Source: an uncultured Candidatus Saccharibacteria bacterium
GTDB taxonomy: Bacteria; Patescibacteriota; Minisyncoccia; Phycocordibacterales; UBA918
Assembly: GCA_964611205.1 (NCBI GenBank)
Contig: CAZSZB010000001.1
Coordinates: forward strand, 123,144-187,143
Direction of reading: 5' to 3'
DNA: 64,000 nucleotides
In this document: piece after piece, positions 16,705 through 26,050 of the stretch
Numbering within the stretch: the stretch's first letter is position 1
How the letters are laid out: each line of letters begins with the position of its first letter
Position numbers and translations under genes: made by a program
The notes under the pieces: model-generated
Seen by the model: the letters and a program-made list of their open reading frames with translations, nothing else
Database searches by the model: none
What the model was told of the DNA's origin: nothing

Positions 16705-18399
16705 ATGACACAAGAAAGAGCATTAGAAATATTAAAGACTGGCGGTAATGTTTTCCTGACCGGTGAGCCGGGAGCTGGAAAGACATTTGTTATCAACCAG
16801 TATATAAATTGGCTTGAAGCAGCTGGGGTTAAGGTAGCCGTGACTGCTTCTACCGGTATAGCGGCTACTCATATCGGTGGTATGACCATCCATTCCTGGA
16901 GTGGCATTGGTATTCGTGACGGTCTTTCGCCGTATGATTTAGATATGATTTCTAGTAATGAAAAGACTTCTAAACGAATAAAAAAGACACAGGTTTTGAT
17001 AATAGATGAAATTTCTATGCTTGACGGTGCAGTTTTGGAAATGGTTGACCAAGTGTGTCGAGTAATTCTTGGTAAGCCCGAACCATTTGGTGGCCTACAG
17101 GTTATTTTTGTTGGTGATTTTTTTCAGTTGCCGCCGATTACAAAAAGAGGTGATGTAATGCGCTATGCTTTCGAAAGTCGAACTTGGGAAATGACGAGAC
17201 CGCTTGTTTGCTATATTACTGATCAGTATAGACAAGAGGATGAGTTATTTTTGTCGCTACTAAAATCAATTCGCAGTGGTGAAATTGAAGAAGAACACTT
17301 TACGCTATTGTCTGAACAAACAGAGATGGGGTACAGCGATATTGAACCGACTAGACTTTATACCCATAATGCCGATGTTGACGCTGTAAATTTGACTAAG
17401 TTAAAAGAATTAAAAACTCCGGTTAGAAAGTTTTCTATGAAAGGTCAAGGAAATAAACAACTACAACAAAGTCTCTCTAAGAACTGCTTATCACCAGAGT
17501 TATTAGAGCTAAAGGAGGAGGCAATGGTGATGTGCACCAAAAATAATTTTGAGGCTGGTTATGTTAACGGTACGTTGGCTAGAGTAATCGGTTTTGATAT
17601 TGATGGTATGCCGATTATAAAAACTGCCGCCGGTAAGGAAATTACTATAAAGACTACCACCTGGGAAGTGCGGGAGGATAATAAAGTGTTGGCTGCGGTG
17701 GAACAGGTACCGCTGCGTTTAGCTTGGGCAATTACCATTCATAAAAGTCAGGGTATGAGTTTGGATGCTGCAGAAATAGATTTATCCAAGGCCTTTGTTT
17801 ATGGACAGGGTTATGTAGCCCTTTCTCGGGTGCGAACCTTACAGGGTCTAAAAATGTTGGGTATGAGCCCAAATGCACTGCAAGTTGATCCTAAAGTAAT
17901 CACTAATGATCAACGCTTCCGACAAGAAAGTGAAATGGCTGACGAGGCTTTTTCTGAGATGGAAGAAGTGGAAGTTGAAAAAATGCACCAGCAATTTATT
18001 TCTGCTTGTGGAGGAAAATGGCCATCAGCAGATGATTTAAAAAGGATTGAGGAAGCTGTTTTTGATGGAATAAAGAAAGAGAGTACTTATGAGATTACAA
18101 AGAATTTATTGTTAGAAGGAAAAACAGTTTCAGCCATTGCTAAAGAAAGAAAGATAGGAGAATCAACTATTTGGAACCATATTGAAAAATTAGTCGAAGA
18201 CAAAGCTATTACAGCGTCCGATCTACAGTCTTTGCTTGAAGATAAGGATTATAAGAAAGCAGCACAGGAACTCCATATAGCTATCGAAGAATGTGGAATA
18301 GATAAATTAAAACCCATCTACGAATTTTGTGATGAAAAATATGATTATGATTTGGTTAGGCTGGCCCGTATTGAATATAGTTTGAAACAAGCTCAGTGA
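16705..18399 (+). CDS. Pif1/RecD-family ATP-dependent DNA helicase with a C-terminal HTH domain
   Basis: Walker A GEPGAGKT, motif Ia ATSTGIAATHIGG and motif V TIHKSQG are present. The ATG at 16705 is preferred because an extended -10 (TGTTATACT) sits at 16681-16689, inside the track's longer ORF. Confidence 0.85.
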   Translation: MTQERALEILKTGGNVFLTGEPGAGKTFVINQYINWLEAAGVKVAVTASTGIAATHIGGMTIHSWSGIGIRDGLSPYDLDMISSNEKTSKRIKKTQVLIIDEISMLDGAVLEMVDQVCRVILGKPEPFGGLQVIFVGDFFQLPPITKRGDVMRYAFESRTWEMTRPLVCYITDQYRQEDELFLSLLKSIRSGEIEEEHFTLLSEQTEMGYSDIEPTRLYTHNADVDAVNLTKLKELKTPVRKFSMKGQGNKQLQQSLSKNCLSPELLELKEEAMVMCTKNNFEAGYVNGTLARVIGFDIDGMPIIKTAAGKEITIKTTTWEVREDNKVLAAVEQVPLRLAWAITIHKSQGMSLDAAEIDLSKAFVYGQGYVALSRVRTLQGLKMLGMSPNALQVDPKVITNDQRFRQESEMADEAFSEMEEVEVEKMHQQFISACGGKWPSADDLKRIEEAVFDGIKKESTYEITKNLLLEGKTVSAIAKERKIGESTIWNHIEKLVEDKAITASDLQSLLEDKDYKKAAQELHIAIEECGIDKLKPIYEFCDEKYDYDLVRLARIEYSLKQAQ

Positions 18400-18407
18400 T
18401 TTAAAGT

Positions 18408-18821
18408 ATGTGGAAAGTAAGGAGAAGAAAGCAAAAGCGTAAAAGGGCCAGTAGTGTTACCAAGCATTATTTGGAGCATAAAGAAATTGCTCGTGCTCTG
18501 GTAGAAGCGAGACTAAAATATCATAATCAACATTATGGTTTTTTTTGGAATCGGGTAGCAATCCGAAATCAAAAACAGTGTTGGGGTAGTTGCACCTCTC
18601 TCAAAAATCTTAATTTTAGTTATCGCTTACTTTTTCTACCAGAACATTTGGTGGACTATATTATCGTTCATGAATTATGTCATTTAGCCGAACTTAATCA
18701 CGGTGCAAATTTTTGGTCTTTAGTAGCTGAAAAAATTCCAGATTATAAAAATCGTCAAGCAGAGCTCCGGATATTAGAGAGGAAATTAGTAGAGCCTAAA
18801 AGTAAAGCTATTCGGAGATAG
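18408..18821 (+). CDS. YgjP/DUF45-family metal-dependent hydrolase (short form)
   Basis: The HELCHLAELNHGANFW (HExxH...NH) and WGSC motifs are typical of the DUF45/M48-like family. Confidence 0.7.
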   Translation: MWKVRRRKQKRKRASSVTKHYLEHKEIARALVEARLKYHNQHYGFFWNRVAIRNQKQCWGSCTSLKNLNFSYRLLFLPEHLVDYIIVHELCHLAELNHGANFWSLVAEKIPDYKNRQAELRILERKLVEPKSKAIRR

Positions 18822-18860
18822 TGCTGGTTATATGATTATTATTTGCTAACATAATCCAGT

Positions 18861-20093
18861 ATGAAAAATTACCTAACTACCTGGATGGCCTTTATTTTTC
18901 TCTTTTTGGCTGCTTTTTTACCGGTTGGCAATATTTATGTGGTGGCTGAAGGTTCAACCGAAGTGCCTATAGTTTATGTCTTTGGACGTGACGATTGTAA
19001 ATTTTGTCTAGCTGAAAAAGATTTTTTAGAAGCAAATAATGCAGATTGGGTTTATTTAAATGTGACAGACGATGATAATGCCAAGGTTTTATTCAATCAA
19101 ATAACAAAAAAGCATGATATTTCGAAAGTCACCCCCGTAACAGTTGTTGGTAGCGCTGTTCTGCAGGGCTACAATAGTGACGATACTACAGGTGAACAAA
19201 TATTAAGGTTAATTGAGAAGGAAAGGGGAACACTTTTTCTTACTATTGAGGAGCATATTGCCGACGCTCCGGCTGTCGATGTGATGTTGGGCAGTGGTTG
19301 TGATGAAGATGGAATTGAGTGTGCTGATGGGGCAGGCTCTTACGTTTTCGATTTGCCTATATTAGGTCTGACTGATTTGAAGAGCTTTTCTCTTTTTACC
19401 TTATCGGTGGTATTGGGCACAATCGACGGTTTTAATCCGTGCGCGATGTGGGTGTTGATCACTTTTCTAGTCCTTCTCTCACAAGCCGGTAGTAAAAGGA
19501 AGATGATTATGTTGGCTGGTATTTTCATAATGGCTGAGGCTATTATGTATAACTTAATCTTAAATGTCTGGTATAAGACTTGGGACTTTGTAGCTTTAGA
19601 TCAAATCGTTACGCCGTTGGTGGGGCTGTTGTCACTAGGAGGAGGAGCTTTCTTTGTTTATCGTTGGTATAAGAATCGTGACGTGGCTTTAGTCTGTGAT
19701 ATTTCGAATGTTAGCTCTCAAACTAAAACTATTGCTAAGTTCCAAAAAATAGTTTCCGAGCCGATTACAATAGCCACCTTGGCAGCTATATTGATTATTG
19801 CGTTTTCTGTTAATATTATTGAATTTGCTTGCTCAATAGGTATTCCGCAAGCCTACACAAAAATCTTAGACCTCAATCTACTGACCTTTATTGAGCGACA
19901 GTTTTATATTTTAGTTTATACAGTCGGTTATATGCTGGATGATTTCTTAGTCTTCGGTCTTGCTATTTGGGGTTATGACAAACTTGAATCCCATGGTCAT
20001 AAGTATTCTCAGTTGTCTCTTATAATCGGCGGCGTGCTGATGGTGTTGCTCGGTGCTCTTCTGGTCTTTAAGCCAGAATTATTAGTTCTCTAG
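18861..20093 (+). CDS. ccdA: Fusion of an N-terminal thioredoxin/glutaredoxin-like domain (CKFC) with a C-terminal CcdA/DsbD-type thiol-disulfide transmembrane domain
   Basis: A signal/TM is followed by a DDCKFCLAEKDFLE redox motif. GFNPCAMW begins the multi-TM CcdA-like core. Confidence 0.7.
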   Translation: MKNYLTTWMAFIFLFLAAFLPVGNIYVVAEGSTEVPIVYVFGRDDCKFCLAEKDFLEANNADWVYLNVTDDDNAKVLFNQITKKHDISKVTPVTVVGSAVLQGYNSDDTTGEQILRLIEKERGTLFLTIEEHIADAPAVDVMLGSGCDEDGIECADGAGSYVFDLPILGLTDLKSFSLFTLSVVLGTIDGFNPCAMWVLITFLVLLSQAGSKRKMIMLAGIFIMAEAIMYNLILNVWYKTWDFVALDQIVTPLVGLLSLGGGAFFVYRWYKNRDVALVCDISNVSSQTKTIAKFQKIVSEPITIATLAAILIIAFSVNIIEFACSIGIPQAYTKILDLNLLTFIERQFYILVYTVGYMLDDFLVFGLAIWGYDKLESHGHKYSQLSLIIGGVLMVLLGALLVFKPELLVL

Positions 20094-20111
20094 TGTACAA
20101 TTGTTACTAAT

Positions 20112-21068
20112 ATGGAATTGTTAATATACGTGGAGTGGGCTGTTATCTTAGTTTTAGCTTTGTTTGCTTTAGTCAGGGGGTCCGATACCTTTGTAGTCGG
20201 TGCTAAACAAGTGGGAGCCAGCCTCGGTATGAGTAAATTTGCTATCGGTGTGTTGATAGTTGGTTTTGGTACCTCGTTACCTGAATTAGCCTCTTCAATC
20301 GCAGCTGTTCTAAATGGTGCTACCGAGATTGTGATTGCTAATGCTGTCGGATCTAATATTACAAATATATTGCTGGTGGTGGGTATTTTAGCCACCTTGG
20401 GTGGCCGAATTGTCATTAAGAGGGATTTGATTAAAACTGAACTACCAATTTTCTTCATTTCTACCACTCATTTTTTATTTGTGATTTGGGACGGGGTAGT
20501 AGATCGGGTCGAAGGCGTCCTCTTGCTCGGTACTTTCTGCGCCTACTTGTGGTATCTCTTTGTCGAAGCTAAAGATGAAGATAGTATCGAACTCATTAAA
20601 GAAAATGGTGGCCGACCAATGGTGCAGGCACGTTCTTTGGCTTTTATTATGCTAGGTATCGCGGCCGTCTTGGTTGGAGCACACTATACGGTAGAGATGG
20701 TAATCAATATAGCGACAGCAGCCAAGGTGCCGTTGGGTCTTGTTTCTATCCTAGCCATTGCTATCGGTACTTCACTTCCTGAACTCTCTGTCTCGTTGCA
20801 AGCTTTGAAATCCGGTGATGCTGAATTAGCGATTGGAAATATCTTTGGTTCTAACGCCTTTAATATCTTGGTGGTGGTTGGTATACCAGCCCTGATGGTT
20901 CCATTATTTGCTGATGAGGTTGTGATGAAACTCGGTTTACAAGTTTTGTTGGCTTCCTCTCTGATTCTTTTTGTAAGTGGTTTGTCTAGGCAAATTATGC
21001 GTTGGGAGGGAATTATGATGTTGTTATTTTTTGCTCTCTTTATAACTAAACTATTGGTTTTCTTCTAG
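20112..21068 (+). CDS. Ca2+/cation antiporter (CaCA family, YrbG-like)
   Basis: Two alpha-repeats are present: GTSLPELASSIAAV and GNIFGSNAFNILVVVG. Confidence 0.8.
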   Translation: MELLIYVEWAVILVLALFALVRGSDTFVVGAKQVGASLGMSKFAIGVLIVGFGTSLPELASSIAAVLNGATEIVIANAVGSNITNILLVVGILATLGGRIVIKRDLIKTELPIFFISTTHFLFVIWDGVVDRVEGVLLLGTFCAYLWYLFVEAKDEDSIELIKENGGRPMVQARSLAFIMLGIAAVLVGAHYTVEMVINIATAAKVPLGLVSILAIAIGTSLPELSVSLQALKSGDAELAIGNIFGSNAFNILVVVGIPALMVPLFADEVVMKLGLQVLLASSLILFVSGLSRQIMRWEGIMMLLFFALFITKLLVFF

Positions 21069-21122
21069 TTAGAAGCAATTAGGTATTTTTGCTTTCCCTT
21101 GGTATTCCTATATGATGCAGAT

Positions 21123-21812
21123 ATGGAATTTAAGGAAGTTATGCTAATCGATAAAGTAGCCGGAATCACATCGTTCGATGTTATTAGGCGGTTACGGATT
21201 ATCTATAAAGATAAAAACAAAACAAATAAAGCTCCTAAGATGGGACATGCTGGAACGCTAGACCCCTTGGCTACTGGTTTGATGATAATTGGGGTTGGCA
21301 CAGGGACCAAAAAACTGGGTGAACTTATTAAATTAGATAAGGAGTATGTAGCTGAGATACTGATAGGGGAAAGTCGTACTACTAGTGATATGGAAGGTGC
21401 GGTCGTTGGAGCAGTGGATGCTGTTGAGATTTCGCCAGAAGATATAGTTACTGCTGTTAAGAAACTAATTGGCACTATTAAGTTACCAGTATCGGCTTAC
21501 TCTGCCATTAAAAAAGATGGAGTACCGATGTATAAACGGGCGCGTGAGTCAGCTAAACTGGGTGAGATAGTAACTAATGTTCCGTGGCGGGAAATGACTA
21601 TTTATGAAGCCGAGGTGGAGGATATATATGTTGTAAAAGTTTCTGGTATCAAACGAATGATAGTGAAGGTTAGATTTTTTGTAGCTAGTGGTACTTACAT
21701 TCGTTCGTTGGCGGAGAAGTTAGGTTCGGACCTAGGTTATCCGGCCTGTCTTTATTCACTGCGACGCACTAAGATAGGGAAGTTTAGAGTCGAAGATGCT
21801 TTAGAAGTATAA
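21123..21812 (+). CDS. truB: tRNA pseudouridine(55) synthase TruB
   Basis: GHAGTLDPLATGLMIIGVG catalytic-Asp motif. Three in-frame starts are possible (21099, 21123, 21141). 21123 aligns best to TruB N-termini. Confidence 0.85.
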   Translation: MEFKEVMLIDKVAGITSFDVIRRLRIIYKDKNKTNKAPKMGHAGTLDPLATGLMIIGVGTGTKKLGELIKLDKEYVAEILIGESRTTSDMEGAVVGAVDAVEISPEDIVTAVKKLIGTIKLPVSAYSAIKKDGVPMYKRARESAKLGEIVTNVPWREMTIYEAEVEDIYVVKVSGIKRMIVKVRFFVASGTYIRSLAEKLGSDLGYPACLYSLRRTKIGKFRVEDALEV

Positions 21813-21818
21813 AATAAG

Positions 21819-21850
21819 GCCCGGGTTGCTTAGTGTGCATCCCAGGCCAA
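21819..21850. terminator. Bidirectional hairpin between truB and a convergent small gene
   Basis: GGCCCGGG...CCCAGGCC imperfect stem. Confidence 0.45.
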
Positions 21851-21854
21851 GTGC

Positions 21855-22048
21855 TTATTCGTCGATCCGTTCCAACTTACCGTCGGCTGCTCTGATGCAA
21901 GGATGACCGTGCACTAGAACGATACCTTCAGGCAAACCGTTTGGATAGGTATGCTCGAGAAAGTCATCTGGTTTGGAGGTAGGGAAGATGTGTCGCTCAT
22001 CACCTTCCTCACCAATCCAGTTTCTCTCACCTCTTTTTCGTTTGCTCA
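21855..22048 (-). CDS. Hypothetical small protein (64 aa, MSKRKRGERNW...) in a GC-rich islet
   Basis: A G-rich SD sits 8 nt upstream and GC is ~52%. The longer 97-aa track ORF is trimmed to the SD-supported start. Confidence 0.45.
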
Positions 22049-22131
22049 TTTTAGACCCCCGTTTAAAGTGGTCCCCCCAGGCAAACATTACTAGTATTAA
22101 AACACTTTTAAAGATTTTGTAAAGACTAAAT

Positions 22132-22162
22132 AGAAAAGGACGCCACACAGATGCGGCGTCCT
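22132..22162 (-). terminator. Rho-independent terminator for the 22190..22448 gene
   Basis: GGACGCC...GGCGTCC hairpin followed by TTTTCT on the minus strand. Confidence 0.6.
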
Positions 22163-22189
22163 AGGAGGGGCCTGAAGCCCAGGATAGGC

Positions 22190-22448
22190 TCAGGTCCATT
22201 CAATTCCGTCCTCGTCTACGATGGACAGATCAGGATCGTAGCAGCCCAACTGGTTGCCCGGCTGGTTTTTTCCGGACATGTCCGTCTGCTTACGCAGAGC
22301 AGTGTTGGCCGTGATGACCTCCTCCAGATCCTTCTTTTCTTTTCTGCGGCGGGCGGATTCTTTGCCACCTTTGCTGGAAAGGTAGCGGTGATGTTCTGGA
22401 TCTTCTTCAGCCAAACGCCGAAAGAAGTCAGCAGATTTTTTACCCATT
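22190..22448 (-). CDS. Hypothetical small basic protein (85 aa) in a GC-rich islet
   Basis: SD AAGGAGG 6 nt upstream of the ATG (MGKKSADFFRR...) and a downstream terminator. GC is ~52%. Confidence 0.5.
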
Positions 22449-22581
22449 GGGACCTCCTTGTTATGGGTTCTGCTACTATTAAACAACAAATTGAACAAAA
22501 AGTCTAGACTAGTTGATTATGTAATAAATTATCCTATTAAACAGGTTTGCAGATAACTATATCGAAGGTAGTATTAAAATT

Positions 22582-22791
22582 ATGGAATCAGAAAAATCAC
22601 ATACCCCCAATTTCAACGAGGCTATGCTACATTTGCAGTCTTTAAGAGCTAGGTTTGCCAGTGAAGGCAATGTAGATAGTGAGTTTGATCAATTAGCAAA
22701 CGTAGAAAAGAGGCTTTTAGTTGGAGATATAACAGCGAAAGAAGCTATGGAAGAAGGTAATAGAATAGCAGCTGGCCGGATTGAACGCTAG
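22582..22791 (+). CDS. Hypothetical small protein (69 aa)
   Basis: The ORF has host-like composition but no clear SD and no recognisable family. Confidence 0.3.
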   Translation: MESEKSHTPNFNEAMLHLQSLRARFASEGNVDSEFDQLANVEKRLLVGDITAKEAMEEGNRIAAGRIER

Positions 22792-22828
22792 AGTGCTGAT
22801 AATTATTTTTTCAAAATAACCACTTAGG

Positions 22829-23284
22829 TTATTCGAAAAGAGACTCGACTACAGCTTTAACATCACCACCGTCGGCTTGACCGTTTAGTTCTTTCATAAC
22901 GGCTCCGATTAAAACACCCATTTTACTTTTGTCAGTTACATTCAGTTCAGCTTTTTTGGCTTCGGCAATGGGTTTTATTTCATCTTGACTCATTAGGGTT
23001 GGTAAGTAACTTTCCAAAATAATTAACTCTTCCTTTTCTGGTACGGCTAACTCGGGCCTGTTAGCAGCTTCGTACTGTACGATAGATTCCTTTCTTTGTT
23101 TGGCAAGGCGTTTTATGACATCAAGAACCTTATCATCCTCTAATATTTCCTGTGGAGTGTGTCCAGTCGCTACTAATTCGTTAGTAAAAGCTGTCAGCAT
23201 CTGTCTAATTGTTCGTAAACGAACTTCCTCTTTAGCTTTCAAAGCTTCTTTGAGCGAGGCTTTAATATCTTCATGTAATCCCAT
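22829..23284 (-). CDS. yqeY: GatB/YqeY-domain protein
   Basis: The YqeY-like helical domain is conserved throughout. The start at MGLHEDIK is preferred. Confidence 0.8.
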   Translation of the reverse strand: MGLHEDIKASLKEALKAKEEVRLRTIRQMLTAFTNELVATGHTPQEILEDDKVLDVIKRLAKQRKESIVQYEAANRPELAVPEKEELIILESYLPTLMSQDEIKPIAEAKKAELNVTDKSKMGVLIGAVMKELNGQADGGDVKAVVESLFE

Positions 23285-23326
23285 ATATTTTATTTGTCTA
23301 TTGACTAGTCTTGCTATACTAACACT

Positions 23327-26011
23327 ATGAAAGGTTCTTCCCAAGAGGTTTTATGGTGTGAAGGCTCATCATTGGAGCAGTATGTTTATCATGCCCACGA
23401 TTATCGTGAAGTTTTAGAAATCTTAAAAACTAACGCAGAGGGCCTTGAGGAAGAAGAGGTTAAAACGAGACAAAATAAATATGGTTTAAACCAGTTTACT
23501 AAGAAAGACTCGGAAAAGCTTTGGAAAACAATATATAAACATTTACGCAGCCCCCTTGTCTTCGTACTTTTGTCGACACTGGCTGTAACAATAGCTTTAT
23601 CTGAATATGTAGACGCTATTGTGATTGCGTTAGCTCTGGCTGTAGCCGTCATTATCAGTATTTTGCAAGAAGGTAAAGCATCTAAAGCTTTTTCGAAACT
23701 AAAGAAATCGCAATCACATTTTGCTACTGTTTTACGAGCCGGTTCTCCGCACAAAATAACAGCTGAAACTGTGACGATAGGTGATATCGTTATCTTAGAA
23801 AGCGGTATGAAAGTACCGGCAGATTTACGTCTGCTAAAAACAAAGCAACTTTCTATAAATGAAGAAGCTTTAACTGGAGAGTGGGTGGCGGTAGAAAAAC
23901 ACACTAAGGCTGTCGCCGTCGGAGCACCTTTGCCAGAACGAAACAATATGGCTTGGTTGGGGACTTATGTTGCCAAGGGTTATGGTTTGGGAATAGTTAC
24001 TGCCATTGGAGACGATACTGAAGTCGGCAAATTAGCTGGTTTGGTAGATGATATAAAAGACACCAAAACACCTTTGCAGATTGAGATGGAGAGGATTTCT
24101 CATTTTATGCTCTACATCATTGGAGGCTTGGTAGTCTTCATATTTTTAATAGGGTTATTACAAGGACAACCTTTGCAGGAGATGCTACTGACTTCTGTGG
24201 CGGTGGCGGTAGCTTCGATTCCAGAAGGGTTGCCAGCGGCTGTGACCATTATCTTAGCTGTAGGGATGGAAGCTTTGCTTAAACGAGGAGGTTTGATGCG
24301 TAGTTTGATAGCAGCCGAAACTTTAGGTTCTACCACTTATGTTTTAACTGATAAAACTGGGACATTAACGGAAGCTAAGATGACTGTTAAGGGAATGATT
24401 AACGGTAAAGGTGTTTACTTAGACGGTGGTGATTTTACCGAGATGGAAGAAGTAAAAAAAGCTTTTAAAATAGCTCTGGTTGCGTCAAATGCTTATGTAG
24501 ACCAGGTAGCTGAGAAAAAAATCCTACGCGGTGACCCTCTAGAACAGGCTATTTTACGGCAGGCAAATAAGTTGCAGATTAAAGTATCCGATCCAACCTA
24601 CCGCAATGAACGACTGGATTTTTTAGCTTTCGATTCTGAGCAACGTTTCGCAGCTGGCCTAAGTAAATTCACTGATAAGGAAAATTATTTATGTATTAAT
24701 GGCTCACCGGCCTTATTGATAGCTTCCGCCAATAAAGTCTTATTTAAGCGCGGGGAAGAGAAGTTTCTGCCGGAACAAAAACAGGTCGTATTGGATGAAA
24801 TAGAGAATCAAACGACAAAAGGGAAAAGGTTGTTTGCTATTGCTTATAAGAAAGTAGAATATGAGGAAATTACATCCAGCAGTAAAGATTTATTGAAGGA
24901 TATAGTTTTGGTGGGGGTTGTTGTTTTAGATGATCCTGTACGTCCAGGCGTGACTGAAGTGATCTTGAGTGTGCAGGAAGCTGGTGCAGAGGTGATGCTG
25001 ATAACTGGTGATAATGCCAAGACGGCTTTGGCAGTAGCTCGCGATGTTGGTATCGCTAAATCAGGCGATACCGTGCTGGTGGGTTCTGAGTTGGAAAAAA
25101 TGTCGGATAATGATTTGTTAACAGCTTTTAGAAAGGTTAAAGTTTTTGCTCGTATTTTACCCAAACAGAAGATGCGTATAGCTAGCTTACTGCAACAAAG
25201 AGGAGAGATAGTTGCGATGACTGGTGACGGTATAAATGACGCCCCAGCGCTGCGTCGAGCTAATATTGGAATTGCAATTGGATCAGGAACGGAGGTGGCT
25301 AAGGAGTCCTCTGACTTGATATTGGTCAATGATTCTTTTGCTACTATTCACCATGCCATAGAGGAGGGGAGACGAATCATCAATAACTTACGTAAGGTGG
25401 TTGGCTATCTATTATCCACCAGTTTATCCGAGGCGGTATTGATAACTGTAGCCTTACTATTGGGTGCGGCTGTGCCTATATTGCCAACCCAAATTCTTTG
25501 GGCAAATATTATTGAGGAAGGCTTGATGAGCGTTGCTTTTGCGTTTGAGAAAGGTGATAAGGATTTGATGAAACAAAAGCCTCAAGATATTCAAGATGAA
25601 GGAATTCTTTCAAAAAGTATGTTGTGGTTTATGGCCTACGTGGTGACTATTTTAAGTATGATGATAGTAGGTATATATCTCTATTTCTTAAACCAAGGCC
25701 TAGAGATAGATAAACTACGAAGTGTGATGTTCATCACTATATCCGTCGATTCTCTTTTCCTAGCTTTTGCCTTCCGGTCACTAACGCTGCCTGCTTGGCG
25801 GATGTCGCTGAAAGATAATAAGTTTTTTATAGGTTCTTTCTTTGTAAGTTTCGCTTTGCTCTTGGCAGTAATCGAAGTACCTTTTTTCCAAAAATTACTC
25901 CACTATGAGCCACTTACTTTGAATCAGTTTGTAATTATTGGTTGCTTTGGACTTCTTTCATTGCTCGTTATAGAGACTGGAAAATGGCTATATTTCAGAA
26001 ATAAAGTTTAA
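23327..26011 (+). CDS. Cation-transporting P-type ATPase (type IIA/IIB Ca2+-ATPase-like)
   Basis: DKTGTLT, TGDN and GDGINDAPAL motifs are present. The 894-aa protein has 10 TM helices. Confidence 0.9.
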   Translation: MKGSSQEVLWCEGSSLEQYVYHAHDYREVLEILKTNAEGLEEEEVKTRQNKYGLNQFTKKDSEKLWKTIYKHLRSPLVFVLLSTLAVTIALSEYVDAIVIALALAVAVIISILQEGKASKAFSKLKKSQSHFATVLRAGSPHKITAETVTIGDIVILESGMKVPADLRLLKTKQLSINEEALTGEWVAVEKHTKAVAVGAPLPERNNMAWLGTYVAKGYGLGIVTAIGDDTEVGKLAGLVDDIKDTKTPLQIEMERISHFMLYIIGGLVVFIFLIGLLQGQPLQEMLLTSVAVAVASIPEGLPAAVTIILAVGMEALLKRGGLMRSLIAAETLGSTTYVLTDKTGTLTEAKMTVKGMINGKGVYLDGGDFTEMEEVKKAFKIALVASNAYVDQVAEKKILRGDPLEQAILRQANKLQIKVSDPTYRNERLDFLAFDSEQRFAAGLSKFTDKENYLCINGSPALLIASANKVLFKRGEEKFLPEQKQVVLDEIENQTTKGKRLFAIAYKKVEYEEITSSSKDLLKDIVLVGVVVLDDPVRPGVTEVILSVQEAGAEVMLITGDNAKTALAVARDVGIAKSGDTVLVGSELEKMSDNDLLTAFRKVKVFARILPKQKMRIASLLQQRGEIVAMTGDGINDAPALRRANIGIAIGSGTEVAKESSDLILVNDSFATIHHAIEEGRRIINNLRKVVGYLLSTSLSEAVLITVALLLGAAVPILPTQILWANIIEEGLMSVAFAFEKGDKDLMKQKPQDIQDEGILSKSMLWFMAYVVTILSMMIVGIYLYFLNQGLEIDKLRSVMFITISVDSLFLAFAFRSLTLPAWRMSLKDNKFFIGSFFVSFALLLAVIEVPFFQKLLHYEPLTLNQFVIIGCFGLLSLLVIETGKWLYFRNKV

Positions 26012-26050
26012 TTATCTGACATAAATACAGACGTGTTATAATCATCTCGT

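Noticed and set aside
23401-25329. Three minus-strand ORFs (181, 74 and 161 aa) inside the P-type ATPase gene
   Set aside because: They are antisense to a well-supported 894-aa P-type ATPase with all signature motifs. They are Ala/Ser/Thr-rich, typical of antisense frames.
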